Below, piece after piece: positions 27,601 to 41,100 of a stretch of 64,000 nt of DNA; position 1 is the stretch's first letter, and each line of letters starts with the position of its first letter. The stretch lies in the NCBI GenBank assembly GCA_030248215.1, contig JASANG010003092.1, forward strand, positions 558,001-622,000. The letters are read 5' to 3'. A model generated the notes under the pieces. That model ran no database searches and was not told the DNA's origin. It saw only the letters and a list, made by a program, of their open reading frames with translations. A program made the translations under genes and the position numbers. Origin of the DNA: Enoplolaimus lenunculus. Taxonomy: Eukaryota.

Positions 27601-28152
27601 AGTTACTACTTATATACGTTTGCGGGGCACAGCAAACAACACAACTCAGATGGAAAATTTTTGGAATTTGTTGTGAACAAAAGTTGTTTTCGCGACTGTG
27701 AACCGACATGGGCGCCGTCGGAAGATTGCGATGGGGTGTCTAAATCGGAGAGTCCAGTCGAGAAAGCTAGAAACGAGCTGGTGCTGCGTTTGCAACGTTT
27801 CCTCAGCTGTTTACTCGAGGTGTCAATTTTGATAAAGGATGTTTAAGAAACGCAGGGGGTTGCAGGAATGTTTCCTTTGCGTGTACCGTGTACCTGCCGC
27901 CAATGACCGTGGCGTTTCGTTATTTTAGTTTTATTGAGGTAGCTTGTCTAGTTGCGTTGCTTACACAATGACTTGTGAGTTGCCGCTGTTCTATGCTCTG
28001 AACGGGTGGAAATCGCAGGGCAAAAAAGGACGCTGAGGGCTGATGGTGAAAGTTGTAAAAATATAAAAAACTGAGGTGAACGGGAAAGTTGTGAAAATGC
28101 TGCTGCTGCTGCTGTTGTTGTTTGTTGTTGTTGTTGTTGTTTGTTGTTGTTT

Positions 28153-28183
<31 letters not shown>

Positions 28184-30632
28184 GTTGTTGTTTTTGTTTT
28201 TTTCTGTGTTGTAACATCACGGAAGCTGTGGCTCATATTTGCTTGACAATATAGCATACGTCGCTACGTATATATGAATATGTTTGTTTGTGATCTAAAT
28301 TCGAAAGTTTGTGTAGATTCAGTGTGAACGTTTTCAATATCGGTTGAGCGTTCAGTTTTGTAACACAATCTTATACGTGTTCAACAGGCGAGCAACGGGA
28401 TCTGTTTCGTTTTGCCTCAGCCCGGGTTTTTGCCTTAAATGGTAGTGTTTGTTGCGCTATAATTTTCGTCAATTATTTCATTGTCAAATTTTTGAATTTT
28501 TAAAAATTCGGGCTTTTTTATTAGTTCATATTCATCAGGTCGCGTCGTGTAAGTGCAAAATTAATAATAAACTGTTTGCCTGAGCAGATACAATCTTAAT
28601 TTAGGCATGACTACTAATATTCGGTGATTCAGCTAATTTTTTTGAAGCTGTTAAGCTATGTTGGTGAAAAAAATTTGGATATGCATTTGAAGTACCTAAC
28701 GGTAAAAAGTATGTTGTTACAACGTTTATCTGCAATCTGTGAACTATGTTACAGATATGTTGTAATACACAAATACACTATTCCGCCCGAGCAGTACATA
28801 TTTATGTTTTCTAAACAAAACGTATTCTTCGCTGAATAGTTGTTTTATTTGTGTTTTTGGCTATTTTTTACGGTACTTACGTATAGATTGCCTTGATTTG
28901 GGCACTACATCTAATTTCCAGGGTTCCAACCGGGATTAGATTTTGTCGGAGGCGGAATGTAAAAATTGTTTATATAGCTGACGGAATACGCGTAACAACT
29001 CGGAATACGTATTTACTAAGAAAAAACCGACAGAATAATTGCAAATGAACGAAACAAAACGAAACAAGCAAAATCTAAGTTCAATCATTTTAAAAATTCA
29101 TAACAGAACACTCAGAATTCCGGCATCGGAATAGCAGTCAGCCGGAATCGGAAGTCAAATTTTGCCGCAATTTTAGCTAGCCGAAATCGGAATTCCGATG
29201 GAACCCTGCTAATTTCCCTCGCGGGTTTAGACTTTGGTTAAGAAAAACGATTACCTGAGCCTATAAGCCTAAGTGATAGGCAATGTACAAAAGCCAATTT
29301 TTGGCATGGATACAATTTTTACAAATAAATTTAGTTTTTCTGTTTTACTCGTACGTATAGATTTTTCTACAATTTAAGCAGTTCATCTTATTTAGATTTG
29401 GTAGCAACTTGAAAACACATTGCCATGCTATAGCGATTAGCTATGTATGCTTTTTAATTTTTGCTGTTTAAAAATTATTAAAAAAGTTTGTAGTTTCTTA
29501 ACTAAAAAAACTATAATCTGGACAAATCTTATTCTCACGAATTTGTACTACAGCAGCACGATTTGATACGTACTGCATGCCGAGTTTTAGGCTTCATTTC
29601 TTAAGATGAACAAATTGAAGACGTGGTTGCGAGTTTAAGAGAATGGAGATTTTTTTCAGCGGCCGCGCAAGGCGGTTTTAAGCGAGAATTATTATGGTTC
29701 AAAATTTATTACCCGTTTGGTTCTGATTGTTTACGTATCTGTTTATCTCTATTTGCCAGTGACCAGAGTTTTAAGTGTTCGCTAAACCAGATGTCCGTTT
29801 TAGTATTGAAATATTTGTTTGGTTCTCGTTGATTTTTGACGAGCATAGAATACACGCTCGCGGTTTCAAAATGCGTTTAGTAGCGGTTAGTTGTTTTACG
29901 GCTGTATATGTATATAAAAATGAAGTGCGAGCCCTTGTTCATCTCCCCCCCCCCCCGGCTGGTTTAGCGTTAGGCTTAAGGAAACGATTTGCCTGAGTCT
30001 AGGCTTAAGGAAACGATTTGCCTGAGTCTAAGCAAAAAAGGATGGGACAAAGATTTTTCCTAAGCCCAAACATTAGCATTAACTTTAAATGTGGGGAAGT
30101 ACAAGAGAGCCGATCTTTGTGCTTATCTGAGCGAGGTTTACATTATGAGTATGAGTAACAAGCTAATCTTTTTGATCGAATCGACGAAAATTCGTCGCCC
30201 AACAGCGTTCTAAAGCGTCTGAATGTGTCGAAGCGTAATCCTAAACCTAAGGAAGCCGAACCGTAATGATGGGCGACGAATTGTCGAGTTGATGATATTT
30301 CGGATTACAAACTGTCGGTCGACGAGTGGTCGGGTGGCAAATTGTTGTGATACCTTTTTGGCCAGTGTTTGTGTGCAACTGGTCAACTATGAAAGGACGT
30401 TTTATGGATCGCGACAAATTAATTGCACCAATCTTGTAGGACATTTTATAATAAGAAGAAGAATAATAATAATAATAAATAGTACAACAAACAACTTATA
30501 TATTGAAACTATACAGAGTAATATGTCTTATGTGTTATTTGGCGAGCCGTCAAATTTAAAAGTAGCCCATTTGTACGGTATAAAACCGAAGTACGCGCAA
30601 TATCCATTGGACAATAGTAATAAAGTGACCTC

Positions 30633-30669
<37 letters not shown>

Positions 30670-33600
30670 GTACAACAAACAACTTATATATTGAAACTAT
30701 ACAGAGTAATATGTCTTATGTGTTATTTGGCGAGCCATCAAATTTAAAAGTAGCCCATTTGTACGGTATAAAACCGAAGTACGCGCAATATCCATTGGAC
30801 AATAGTAATAAAGTGACCTCAGCACAGTATCATGATTGGGGGCCGTCTTCAATGATTAAACATGGAATGCATAATGGTAGATGTACTGGCGGTCTACATA
30901 GCCGTATTGAGCGTAGAAATGACGCTATTGGTAAGCGGAGGTTGCTGTTAATGAATTGGTTTGGCTTGGTATATATTTGTGTAATAATGAATTTAAATTA
31001 GCGTTTGAACGCATATTCAAAATTGAAAGTGACACTTTTTCAGTAGCGCGGTCTTTGTTTTGTTGTGTTCGGGGACACATAGGCTGCAACTGCGGGGGCG
31101 AGCGAGGCGTACCCGCTTACGAATAGCTTCGCTACCCCCCTCGTCCAATTACAGAATTTATTCAACTGCATTGAAGAATTACTTATTGGAAAAATTTTAC
31201 TTCCCCTTTGAAGAGATTTTTGCTTGCCCCAACCGCTGGAATTGTCTCGCCTCTCTGCTAAGAATTCTTGGTTGCCGGGCTGATACTGATACGTGCCTAT
31301 TTTGTGTTGGGTCAATGGGCAACTTTGACACGATGAACACTAGTTGTTCAGAACAGAGCAATAGTTTGAGCAATAAATGGTGAACATATGACGTTCCAAC
31401 GCAAGCCTATTATATCTCTTCGATCCCATTGTAAAGTCAGATTCAATCTGCCTTGCAGTAATTGTTCTGGTTGTGCCGAACAACAGTTAAAATTCAATGT
31501 AACCCAGTATGCTATTGTGGAACAAATAGATGCTCAGGGCACAGCATATAAGTATATTATTCTGAGTTACAGTGTGTTTGTAAGAGCTTCGAGCAGGTAC
31601 CACCCACACCCATGAAGATTGCTTTTTGTAGAACGTACATAATATCCTGATAGTTGGCTGTAATCTAATATTAAAATACATGCATTTTTTCCAAATTATA
31701 CTTTTTGTTGTAATATGAGAGATATGATGAGTTTGATGTTTTTTTCGCTGAAATTCTATGAAAAGTAGCCGCGTTCTTCAGCAGCATCAGCAGCAGTTAT
31801 CTTTCTTAATAGTTTTAGATTGGTTTAGCGATAAATAATACAAGTTGCTTCGCTGTATATAGATGCGCGGTGTGGAAAAGGTGGGGAAAGGCTAGTGTTA
31901 AATCGAAATTTTTCTCGAAGTTTGCAGCCTTTCGCAATCAGACTTACGTAGTTATTTTTTGAGGTTGACGCTTAAGCTTATGTACTCACAAAATTTGTAG
32001 TTCCGGTTCCGGTATAAATGTGGTTTTCCGATTTAGATATAATCCAGTTCCGCTTTGCTTCTTGCTCTTTGCTTAATAAGTAATTTAAACCACTATGCCG
32101 GCGCCAATGCAAGTGTTATGTTTTATGGGGATGGTCGCCTTAGTTTTAGGATACGACGCGCCGGCTCGGGCGAGCTTATTCAAACCGAGACGGACGGAAG
32201 GGGTCGGGAATCTCCTGTAAGTTCGACGGACCCCTAAACTTCAAGCTCGCTAATATGAGCATTTATTGAAACAAAACGAGTAACACACGAGTAACGAACA
32301 AGTAATAAAACGAGTAGGGACTCGGAGGGTTACCCTACGGACACCAGGGTGCAACCGGAATTACAATTTACCGGAACCGGAACCGGAATTTGAAAATTTT
32401 ACCGGAACCGGAACCGGAAACGGAACCGGAAAGTGAAAAATGCATTTCTCCAAAAATTTCATTTTAATCTTATTTTTTGCTCTATTATTTGTGAAATAAC
32501 CTTAGTCGAACGTAGGTATTTATTTTATTTGTTGTATTTTAGGTTTTCGTCGTCGACTGAAGTTAAATCCACCATCAATGGCTTATATTCGGAGTACAAG
32601 TGGCTTTCAAAAGAGAGTCTTAAAAAATAGCAAAGTTAAGAAAACGGCCAAAGTTTAACACCGGAATTTTTAAATCCGGTAAAAATTTACCGGAACCGGA
32701 AGGTGAAAAAATGCCGGAACCGGAACCGGAATTCCGGTTGCACCCTGACGGACACGGATCAGAACAGATACGTGGCCGGATCGTATAAAGTGCAATTAAA
32801 CGCTCGAAACCCGAGAAATACACTTAAGTACAAGAAAACCAAAATTTAAAATAAAGACTAGAAAATTTGATATTCTCAGAAAACGCAACATTCTTGTGTT
32901 AAATATTACCATGTACTTTCTGTGTCATTTGTATATACTTCGTATTTTTGTTTGTTATATTTTGAAGCTCGAACTTTTGATTTAAACGCTGTATAGTAAG
33001 TGTATTGCTTGCAGCCCGAGCTATGCGTGGAATTTGGTGTACTTGATTATTGAACGATGGTATATAAATAGGTTTTTTATATAAAACATTGGACTAGATT
33101 CAGACGTGTGTTTTAGACGGGTCGTGTGTTAGGTTAGTACTGAGCAATATGTGACAAGCGTTATTTGAAATAAATGAGCATTGAGTACCAGTTAGAGGTT
33201 TACAATTCAAAGGAAACTATTTGGATGTTTTAATTTAAAGATTACTATCTACCAAAGAAAAGAGAAGAATTTATATTTGCTTAGTGGGCATTATTTAATC
33301 GAAGACCCAAATTCAAACTCAGGGCTAAGTAATTTAATTTTTCTGCGATGAGTGGCCTCGAATGTGTTTAACTAAATGATTAAGGTTTAGTGTTTTAACC
33401 GAATCTTGTTCCGGGTAAACTTCCGGCAACATTTCTATCGCAATCCGGATCGAGTTTGTTTCCAATGCAGGATTTGTACTATTTTCGGTTGAGTATGTTT
33501 ATCTGCCAACATTGTTTTATGTTTAAATGTGGTATATTCCATCTTGTTTTAACGCAGTGAGAAGTAGTGATAGGGGTTAAAATACTGAATATATATGTCG

Positions 33601-36600
33601 GTCTTAATCGCCTATCGTACCAATCGTCAATTGGTACACGACCTTATTTTACGAAAACGCTTACCTTACGGATTCGTAGCCGAAAAACTACGGAAGTCGC
33701 CCAACCCCGTCGGAATTCTCCGACATAAATACATTTTTGGATGAAAACTTGCACTGAGTAGTGGTACACAAAATGAAAGCCTATTGGATTTATTGTTAAA
33801 AGGTTATGGTCTATGTACCGAGGCAGATCCAGAGGGGTGTAGGGAAGTGTGCGCGCCCGCCCCATCAGATATTGTTTCAATGATATGGTAAAGGTTCCTA
33901 CATTATAAATTTTTACTTTTACGTTTAATTAAGCGTTAGACTAATTTTCGCTTAGGTTTAGACTTCAGCACAGGTTTATCGCTACGTTTAGGCTTATTAA
34001 CAAACAAAAAAACTCGATATAAGATTCCAATTGTGTTTTTGCGGTTTCGTTCCGACGAGAAAATTCAATTTCGATTCTGACTAAATTTTGCTTGGGTTGT
34101 AACTTTGCTCCGGTATATAAAACCAGTCTAATTTGAGTTATGAATTCTTTTTTATTGTTTGTATTTCACGGTATTTAACTGTTCCAGCCATATTATCAAT
34201 GTTTACGCTTCAGAAGTTTGCTTGAAAGGAGGGTCCTTTGGTATATTAAACTAGTGAAGCTTTATGATAGATATAGCGATGGTATTTCGGCAACTTAAAG
34301 GTAAGGCCGAGTCCAATCACAAAGCTCGTTTGGAACGCTTCTATAGCGACTTTTCATTAAATGGTGTACTTCTTACCCCAATAAGCTAGCAGCACCCTTT
34401 GAATTTTATTTAATTCGTTAACATTTTATTATTTATTTAAGCATCTGTCCAAGACGACCAATCTGCCAGCTCATCCAGACGTGCATCGTGCGAGCAATCT
34501 GTACTATCTGCAGCGTTGGCGAACCCAGCACTTCTGACATCAGCAACCGATACTAGCGACGGTCGAACAACAACCGGTGAAACGCCACCGGCTCCTACGA
34601 ATTGGCCAACTTTTCCCAATCGAATCAACAACTATTATCATCACGCTCACCCTCTTCTCGAACGCCCACCGTTAGCTAATTGCTTCCCTGGCGAGCATAA
34701 TAGTTCACTGCCGCCACAGAGCTACTTGAACGCGTTGCCTAGTCAGTTGCCACAACAGCTCGTGTTCCAGTTTGAACGAGGGAATCAACAGCCGACAATG
34801 AGATCACCGCTTGCTCTGCATGACGTCACTGGATCCAGTGGAGGCTGTTTTGTGCCACATGATGGTGGGATTGCGATGCCTCCGTCGTCTGGCACAACAC
34901 AGATGCGCGGCCGGAACCGATCGGCGAATGGCAGTAGCCTGGTTGGTGTGGCGCCAGCGACTACGTCGTCGCCAGCAACAGCTCTAACCGCCAGTCAGAG
35001 CGAGCGTCGTGTTGGTGTAATGGCGTCGGCGAGTTCAAGCAAACGCTATACAACGCACGAGCTCAATCTAACTGGTGATTGCTTGGCAGAAGCTGGCGCT
35101 GATATTGGGAGTGACAGCCAACAGCGACGTCGCGGTCGGAGCAGTTCAACGTCACGGATTGTACGGTCGGCATCGACAACGCTGATTAGACAATTTGACG
35201 ATCGCAGTTCCGGGCTGGATGAAGCTGCAATGCGAGATGTAGGACAAGATGTGCACGCCCGTCGCGATGACAGGTAAAGTATATAGTTATGGAGTTGAAG
35301 CGTGCATTCAACTCCGTAGCAGTTATAAATTGGATCTCTTGTTTATGTGTGTATATGTACGTCACGAACATGACGTATTTTGTAATAAATTTAGCGTACT
35401 CCTGCTGCACACCTATTTGTCCCAGTTGGCAAGCGAGACGTTAAAATATACAGTTTTGTATGGCTATTGTACATATCCCTCGCATTCATTTATGATTAAG
35501 GCAAGGCTTAGGTAAATGCTTATAAAGGTTTAGACTTGGCAAGATATTATATGAAATGTTAGCCTGATCCGGAGCCTGAGCCTAACCGTGGCTTAAACCT
35601 AAGCCGGTGGAAGAAAGCGTACATCAGTCGTTTACTAGATATATATTTCATTTCGTCAAGTAACACGTACGATTGTGAATGATGTACGACGCATTTAAGC
35701 CCATTGCGGATTTGATAACGAAATTTTGACTTGATTTGAATCGGGCATATGAGTTGCAATCGAGTGGTATACTATGCCGTTGTGATTCTTTGAATTTAAA
35801 AGCTTCCCATCTGTTGTTGTCACATGCTCTTGAGACTGTTCTTGGTTTAGGTTTGTGTGTTCTGTAAACAAATGCTAGTCAAAGTAGTTGCAATATTTGC
35901 AACATAAAAAGTCCTTACTAAAATTGCAGTACGGGAATGATTGAAGGTTTGGATTCATCGCTTCAACGGGGTCCTATTAACGATCGGGCCTGTTTATTAA
36001 ATCTATGCCTCTGGCTTTCTCCCTGTCTGAGCAGTGGATGGGCTCGTATAATTAACCATGGGCCGCTTCCAGTGTCACAAGATGATGTCTTGCGGAGTAA
36101 AATTGTCAAAATTATTTAGCAATCTTGAGTTGGCTAATGAGGAGTGGTTAGTTGTATAAGCAGGTTTTGAATACCTACATCAAGTAGGTCGAATTTGACG
36201 CGAATTTTGGTTTTAGTATAAAGAGACTGAAAACCCCGTGGACAAAAAATCTCGTAGGGGAGCAGGGTTTAGGCCCATTACTGGAAATGGATCCTGATGT
36301 GTGATTCATGTGGGATTAGTTGTATACGCTGGTTTTTAATACATCGAGTAGACCGAATTTGTCACGAGTTTCGGGTTTGCTATAAAGTACCTAAAACCCA
36401 GGTGAGCAAAAATCACGAAGAGGCAGAGCTTTTACACAAGGGTTGACATGGATCCTGATGTGTGATCCATGGGCAGCGTACCTATGATCCCAGACCCATT
36501 TTGACTCAAGTACCATTGAATTCCCATCTGCGGAATGTGATAGTTCTTTCTTGTTGTATAATAAAACAGACAAAGGACAGGAAGCAATTAACGAATACCA

Positions 36601-38114
36601 CTGACCAGGGTGGCAACCGGAATTCCGGTTCCGTTTCCGGCATTTTTTCACCTTCCGGTTGCGGTGAATTTTTACCGGAATTACTAATTCCGGTATTAAA
36701 ATTTGGTCGGTGGAAATTAAGATATTGTATTAAAAAGACGACAAAAATTACATAAATTTCATTAGTATAGTATGCAAATCTTGATAACCGCTGAAAATAA
36801 AACCATCGAAGGTAGATTTCTCTTCCGTGCGTTACGAAAATCTAAAATACAGCAGATATAAAGTGAATATCTATCTCCAACTACGTAGTGTTATTTCACC
36901 AATAATATTGCAAAAAAGAAAATTACAATGAATTTTTCGGCGGCGTGTATTTCACATTTTCCGGTTGGTTCCGTTTCCGGTGGTAATTTTTTCAAATTGT
37001 GGTTCCGGTTCCGGTAAATTGTAATTCCGGTTGCACCATGCCACTAACAGATTCCCACGGTTAAAATGTTTATGATCTGTCACGAATAGGATGTCCTTGC
37101 TTACTTCGAGACGTAAAGCTCTCGACATATAGGCGTCGACCCGTGTGATTATATTGATGATATCGAGCAATTCGTTCAAATCGCGAGTCGTATTTTTGAC
37201 TACTGCTGTCAGAATTCTTAGATCTCCAGTTGCCGTAGCAACACTTGTGCAGGGTTTTAGAACACCATTTCTGTGCAACAACGCTACGTAAACACTGTCG
37301 AATTTCGTCACGCAACTGTTTATTGCAATTGTAGTAAATCGCCAACCGTGCAGCGCCGTTTGCAACAAACAACAAATTGCTAAAATCAATTGTTAACGTA
37401 TAAAATCGCAAATTTTGCGCCAAAAACGACGGTTTCACATGCTCGAGCGTTGTAATGAGGACGCTTAGGCTGTTTGTAACCAAATATGTCGACACCAACG
37501 CAATCAGTAGCTTTGTTGCGTCGCGCACGCGTCGCTTACGTTCGTTATCGACGCTGGTCGCTGCCGCAGCCGATGAGTGATGGTTTGCGGCGGACCGATG
37601 TTGCGCTGGTAATGGCTCAGATATGCAACGATGCCGCGCGTCGCAATCGTCATCTGACGGCAGATGTACGATGACGTCATCGTCTTCGTTCACGTTGTCG
37701 CCATCAATTCCGTCGTGGCCGTGCCCAACGACTGTTGTCCGATCACCAACGTTGTCACTAGAAACTGTGCCGCCGGCGCCGCCGTTGTCGTTGAAAATTG
37801 TGTCGTCGAAATTGTCAACTTTGTCGCTAATAACACCGCCGCCGTTGTTGTTGCCATCGTCACGACCATCACGCTCGTCAACAGTGTTTGCTGGTGCAAC
37901 GTCGATGTTTGACGACAACGATGTACCATTGTTGTCATTGTTGCCGTCTCGTTTGGCAACCGTGGCAGACGTCACCGACGACGTACTCCGACGCGACGGT
38001 GATAGTGGTGGCTGTTGTAATGCGTCGGCGTCACGACTGACGGCATATTCAGGGACAACAATGACAATTTCGGTGGCAGTGTCGTCGTCGTCGTGGTCGT
38101 CGTCGCCGCCGCCG

Positions 38115-38165
<51 letters not shown>

Positions 38166-41100
38166 GTGTTGGTGTTGTTGTTGCTGTAGCTGTTGCTGTT
38201 GCTAGTGTTGATGGCGGTGGCTGCATTGTGGTTAATGATGTTGTGATTACTAGTTAACCTGCTGGTATTGATGCTGCTGTTGTTGTCGTTGCTGTTATTG
38301 TAGTAGCAGTAGTAGGAGTAGGTATTGTTTGGCGATTGGCTGAACAACGCGTCGTCGTGCATACACCCATTTGAAAGATCGCCACACGATAACATGTGTC
38401 GTCGACATTGTGGTGATAATGGCGGCGAGTTGTTATTGTCTTCACCGCGTTCTGTGCTACTCTGAATTGTGGCGTTCGACGTATCACAGTGTCTCGAAGG
38501 CAAACGCTGAACGGACTGCTGTTGCCAAGAGTCACCTCTGATACTTTCACGATCTATTTGACGAAAAGGTGTGGAGCACGTGGACCTGTAGTGGCACACT
38601 CTGTTGTTATTGTTGTTTTGCGGCGGTGAAAGCTTGACGATGGTCTGGTTTGACTCTGGTTCGTGTTGCTTGTGGTCTTGATTGCTAGCGGTGCTTGAGG
38701 TAGGGTGGCAGCGATGGGCATATGATATTCGACGACGGAAACGTTTCAGACACCAACAGTTGATGGTTGTTGCTTCTAGCAAGGCACGCATGGCTTTGGA
38801 GACGTTCTGCTGCGCTGTGGTAAATATTCCCGGGGGTGTTGTTGAAGGAATTCCTTAAATGAATAGAATGAGTTGAATCGATAATAATGTTGCGGTTTGT
38901 CGTTGGGATTGACCTGATATAAATTTTACCGGGTACTGGAACCTGAGCTGGATAGTAATTTTTTAGGGAACCGTATGTAAACCGGATGTAATATCTAAAT
39001 TTCTGAACTGTTAGTAGTATGTGAATCGCACAAAACTATGTCTGCTGATTTAGATTACTTGTTGAGCGAACCTCGGTGTTGCGCAACGCGTTTTATGTTT
39101 TGTACTTGGGTGTCGAAAGGTGGATGTCCGTCCGTCCGAAAAGAATCTCAAGAACCGCTGAACCGATTTTGATAAACTTTTTTGTTTGAAAACTTATTAT
39201 CATGGGGTGTTAACCTCGCATTGGGGTTTTAAAATTTTAAGCCGTTTATTAGCTACCCAGGCACCGAAACCGAATATGGATGTTGTTGTTCGACGACTGG
39301 TAAAGCGTAACGGGATATCCGATTGATTCCTGGTCTGCCGATGTGTGTACTGTGTATCGACAATTATTTGCCAGGCATTATTGGTTTTTTTTCGCATTTC
39401 TCCGATACCCGTATATTTTACAAGCTTTGCGTTGTTAAGCCTAAGTCAAGTACTTACCAGAACGCAGTCGGCGAACAATCGTCGCATTCAACACCAACAG
39501 CATTGCAAACGGAAAGAACACTTGGGAAAAGTGTGACCAACAAAACTGATAATAATACTGATACCATTGGGATCGTGCAAGCTGCGACGGCGACACTTGC
39601 CACGCATCGAAACCGTGGCAACCGGTTGCGTAGCTGTCGAGATGAACAATCTCTATTTCCCACATTGAGCACAATTTGAGCATCGTTGCGCTACAGATGA
39701 TTGCAACTGGAATTGCAGATAAAGAATGGTGTCGTCATGGTGTGGCACGTGCGACAGGGATAATTGAGAGAAAAAAAGAAAATATTGAATTTGAATTGTT
39801 TTGGCATGCAAATCGTGAGATATGAGCTTTCTAACTGGGATAATTGGTGCCGTTGTGTATACAGTAGGTACGGTACCTATACCTTGTTATATGGCCCGCG
39901 TTTGGTGGTGATGCTACTTTTTTGACTTAAAATACACATGGGCACCATGAGATGCCGTTTGAAACTTACCGATTGTTATTAAACGCCGTTTAGTGGTGCA
40001 GTTACAATGCGAACTTGAATTTATACGTCCGTTGGTGTTGTTTCGGCCGCATACACAGCATGTCAGGCTTGTCGGCGTCGTTGTTCGTTTTCGTTCGAAC
40101 TTGGTTGTAGTACAGTTCGGCGTTTCTGTTGTGATATTATGGCCGTTTGCTGCAGTTGAACAGGTTTCGCCAGTTGTCGCCAGCTGATAGCGATGTCGCG
40201 TTTGTGGAACAGTTATGCGGCGACTAAGTGGCGCCGATCTGTTGGTAGTAGTTGTCTCGATAGATTTGTCTGATGGTAGGTGTGGTTGTTTCCGACCAAC
40301 ACAATGCGCAGTAGCGTTTGTTGCGACAGCAAGTGTTGGCGAGTTGTGGAGTTGGTGCCGATGGCGTCGCGCGTGTTGTGGACGTTGTTGCCGTCGCTGG
40401 TGTATAACGATCGCTGTTGTTGACGTCTTTTTCACAGCAGTTGTGTTGATTGTGTTCTAAAATGGTGAGCGGGTATAGTGTAGGCGAGAGTATTACGTTG
40501 ATCTCAATCGCAATTAGTTTGGTTAAACAGTCGTTGTAAATGTCATATTCGGCTTAAACTTATCGCTAAATCCTAGGTGCTATTCGCATTTTGAGAATAC
40601 GGGCCAAAGTCACCCAACCCAACCCAAAAACAGAAAAATTCCAGAGAACCTTTGAAAATAATACGTTCGCTGACGTTGACGACGACGAACAATAAGCGCG
40701 TTCAACGGTCGCCGCAACAATCAAATACGTAGACGCAAATTGAGCGACGCGACTCATCGTAAACGTTGGCCGCAGTGTCGCCAGCCATACGCGATACGCC
40801 GCCAGCGACGTGGTCAAATCGACGGCGATTTGTAACGAAAACAGCAGCAAATACGCGACGCCCAAGTATGCGTCAAGAATCGCCAGTACGCCAAGGTATA
40901 GCGATGCTGAACGACGCAATTCGCGGCGACGAAATAATGCGCGGATCAGTAGGGTGTTGGTGGTGATCGCAAGCAGTGCTACTACGGTGCCAACAACTGC
41001 GACTATAACGGTTTTTTCAGTCAAATAGTCCATCGGTTCGTAGCGGTTTGGGCAGACGGGTGGAGGGGAGACTGTGGAAAACTGTGGCGAATCGGTGAGA

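Noticed and set aside
27948..28257. Poly-Q/N/T ORFs (similar cases at 19808-20098, 42670-42979 and 48793-49125)
   Set aside because: Trinucleotide microsatellite translations in introns
37623..38189. 188-aa + strand ORF with poly-Leu
   Set aside because: Antisense shadow of the GPCR poly-Asn loop; no compatible splice sites found
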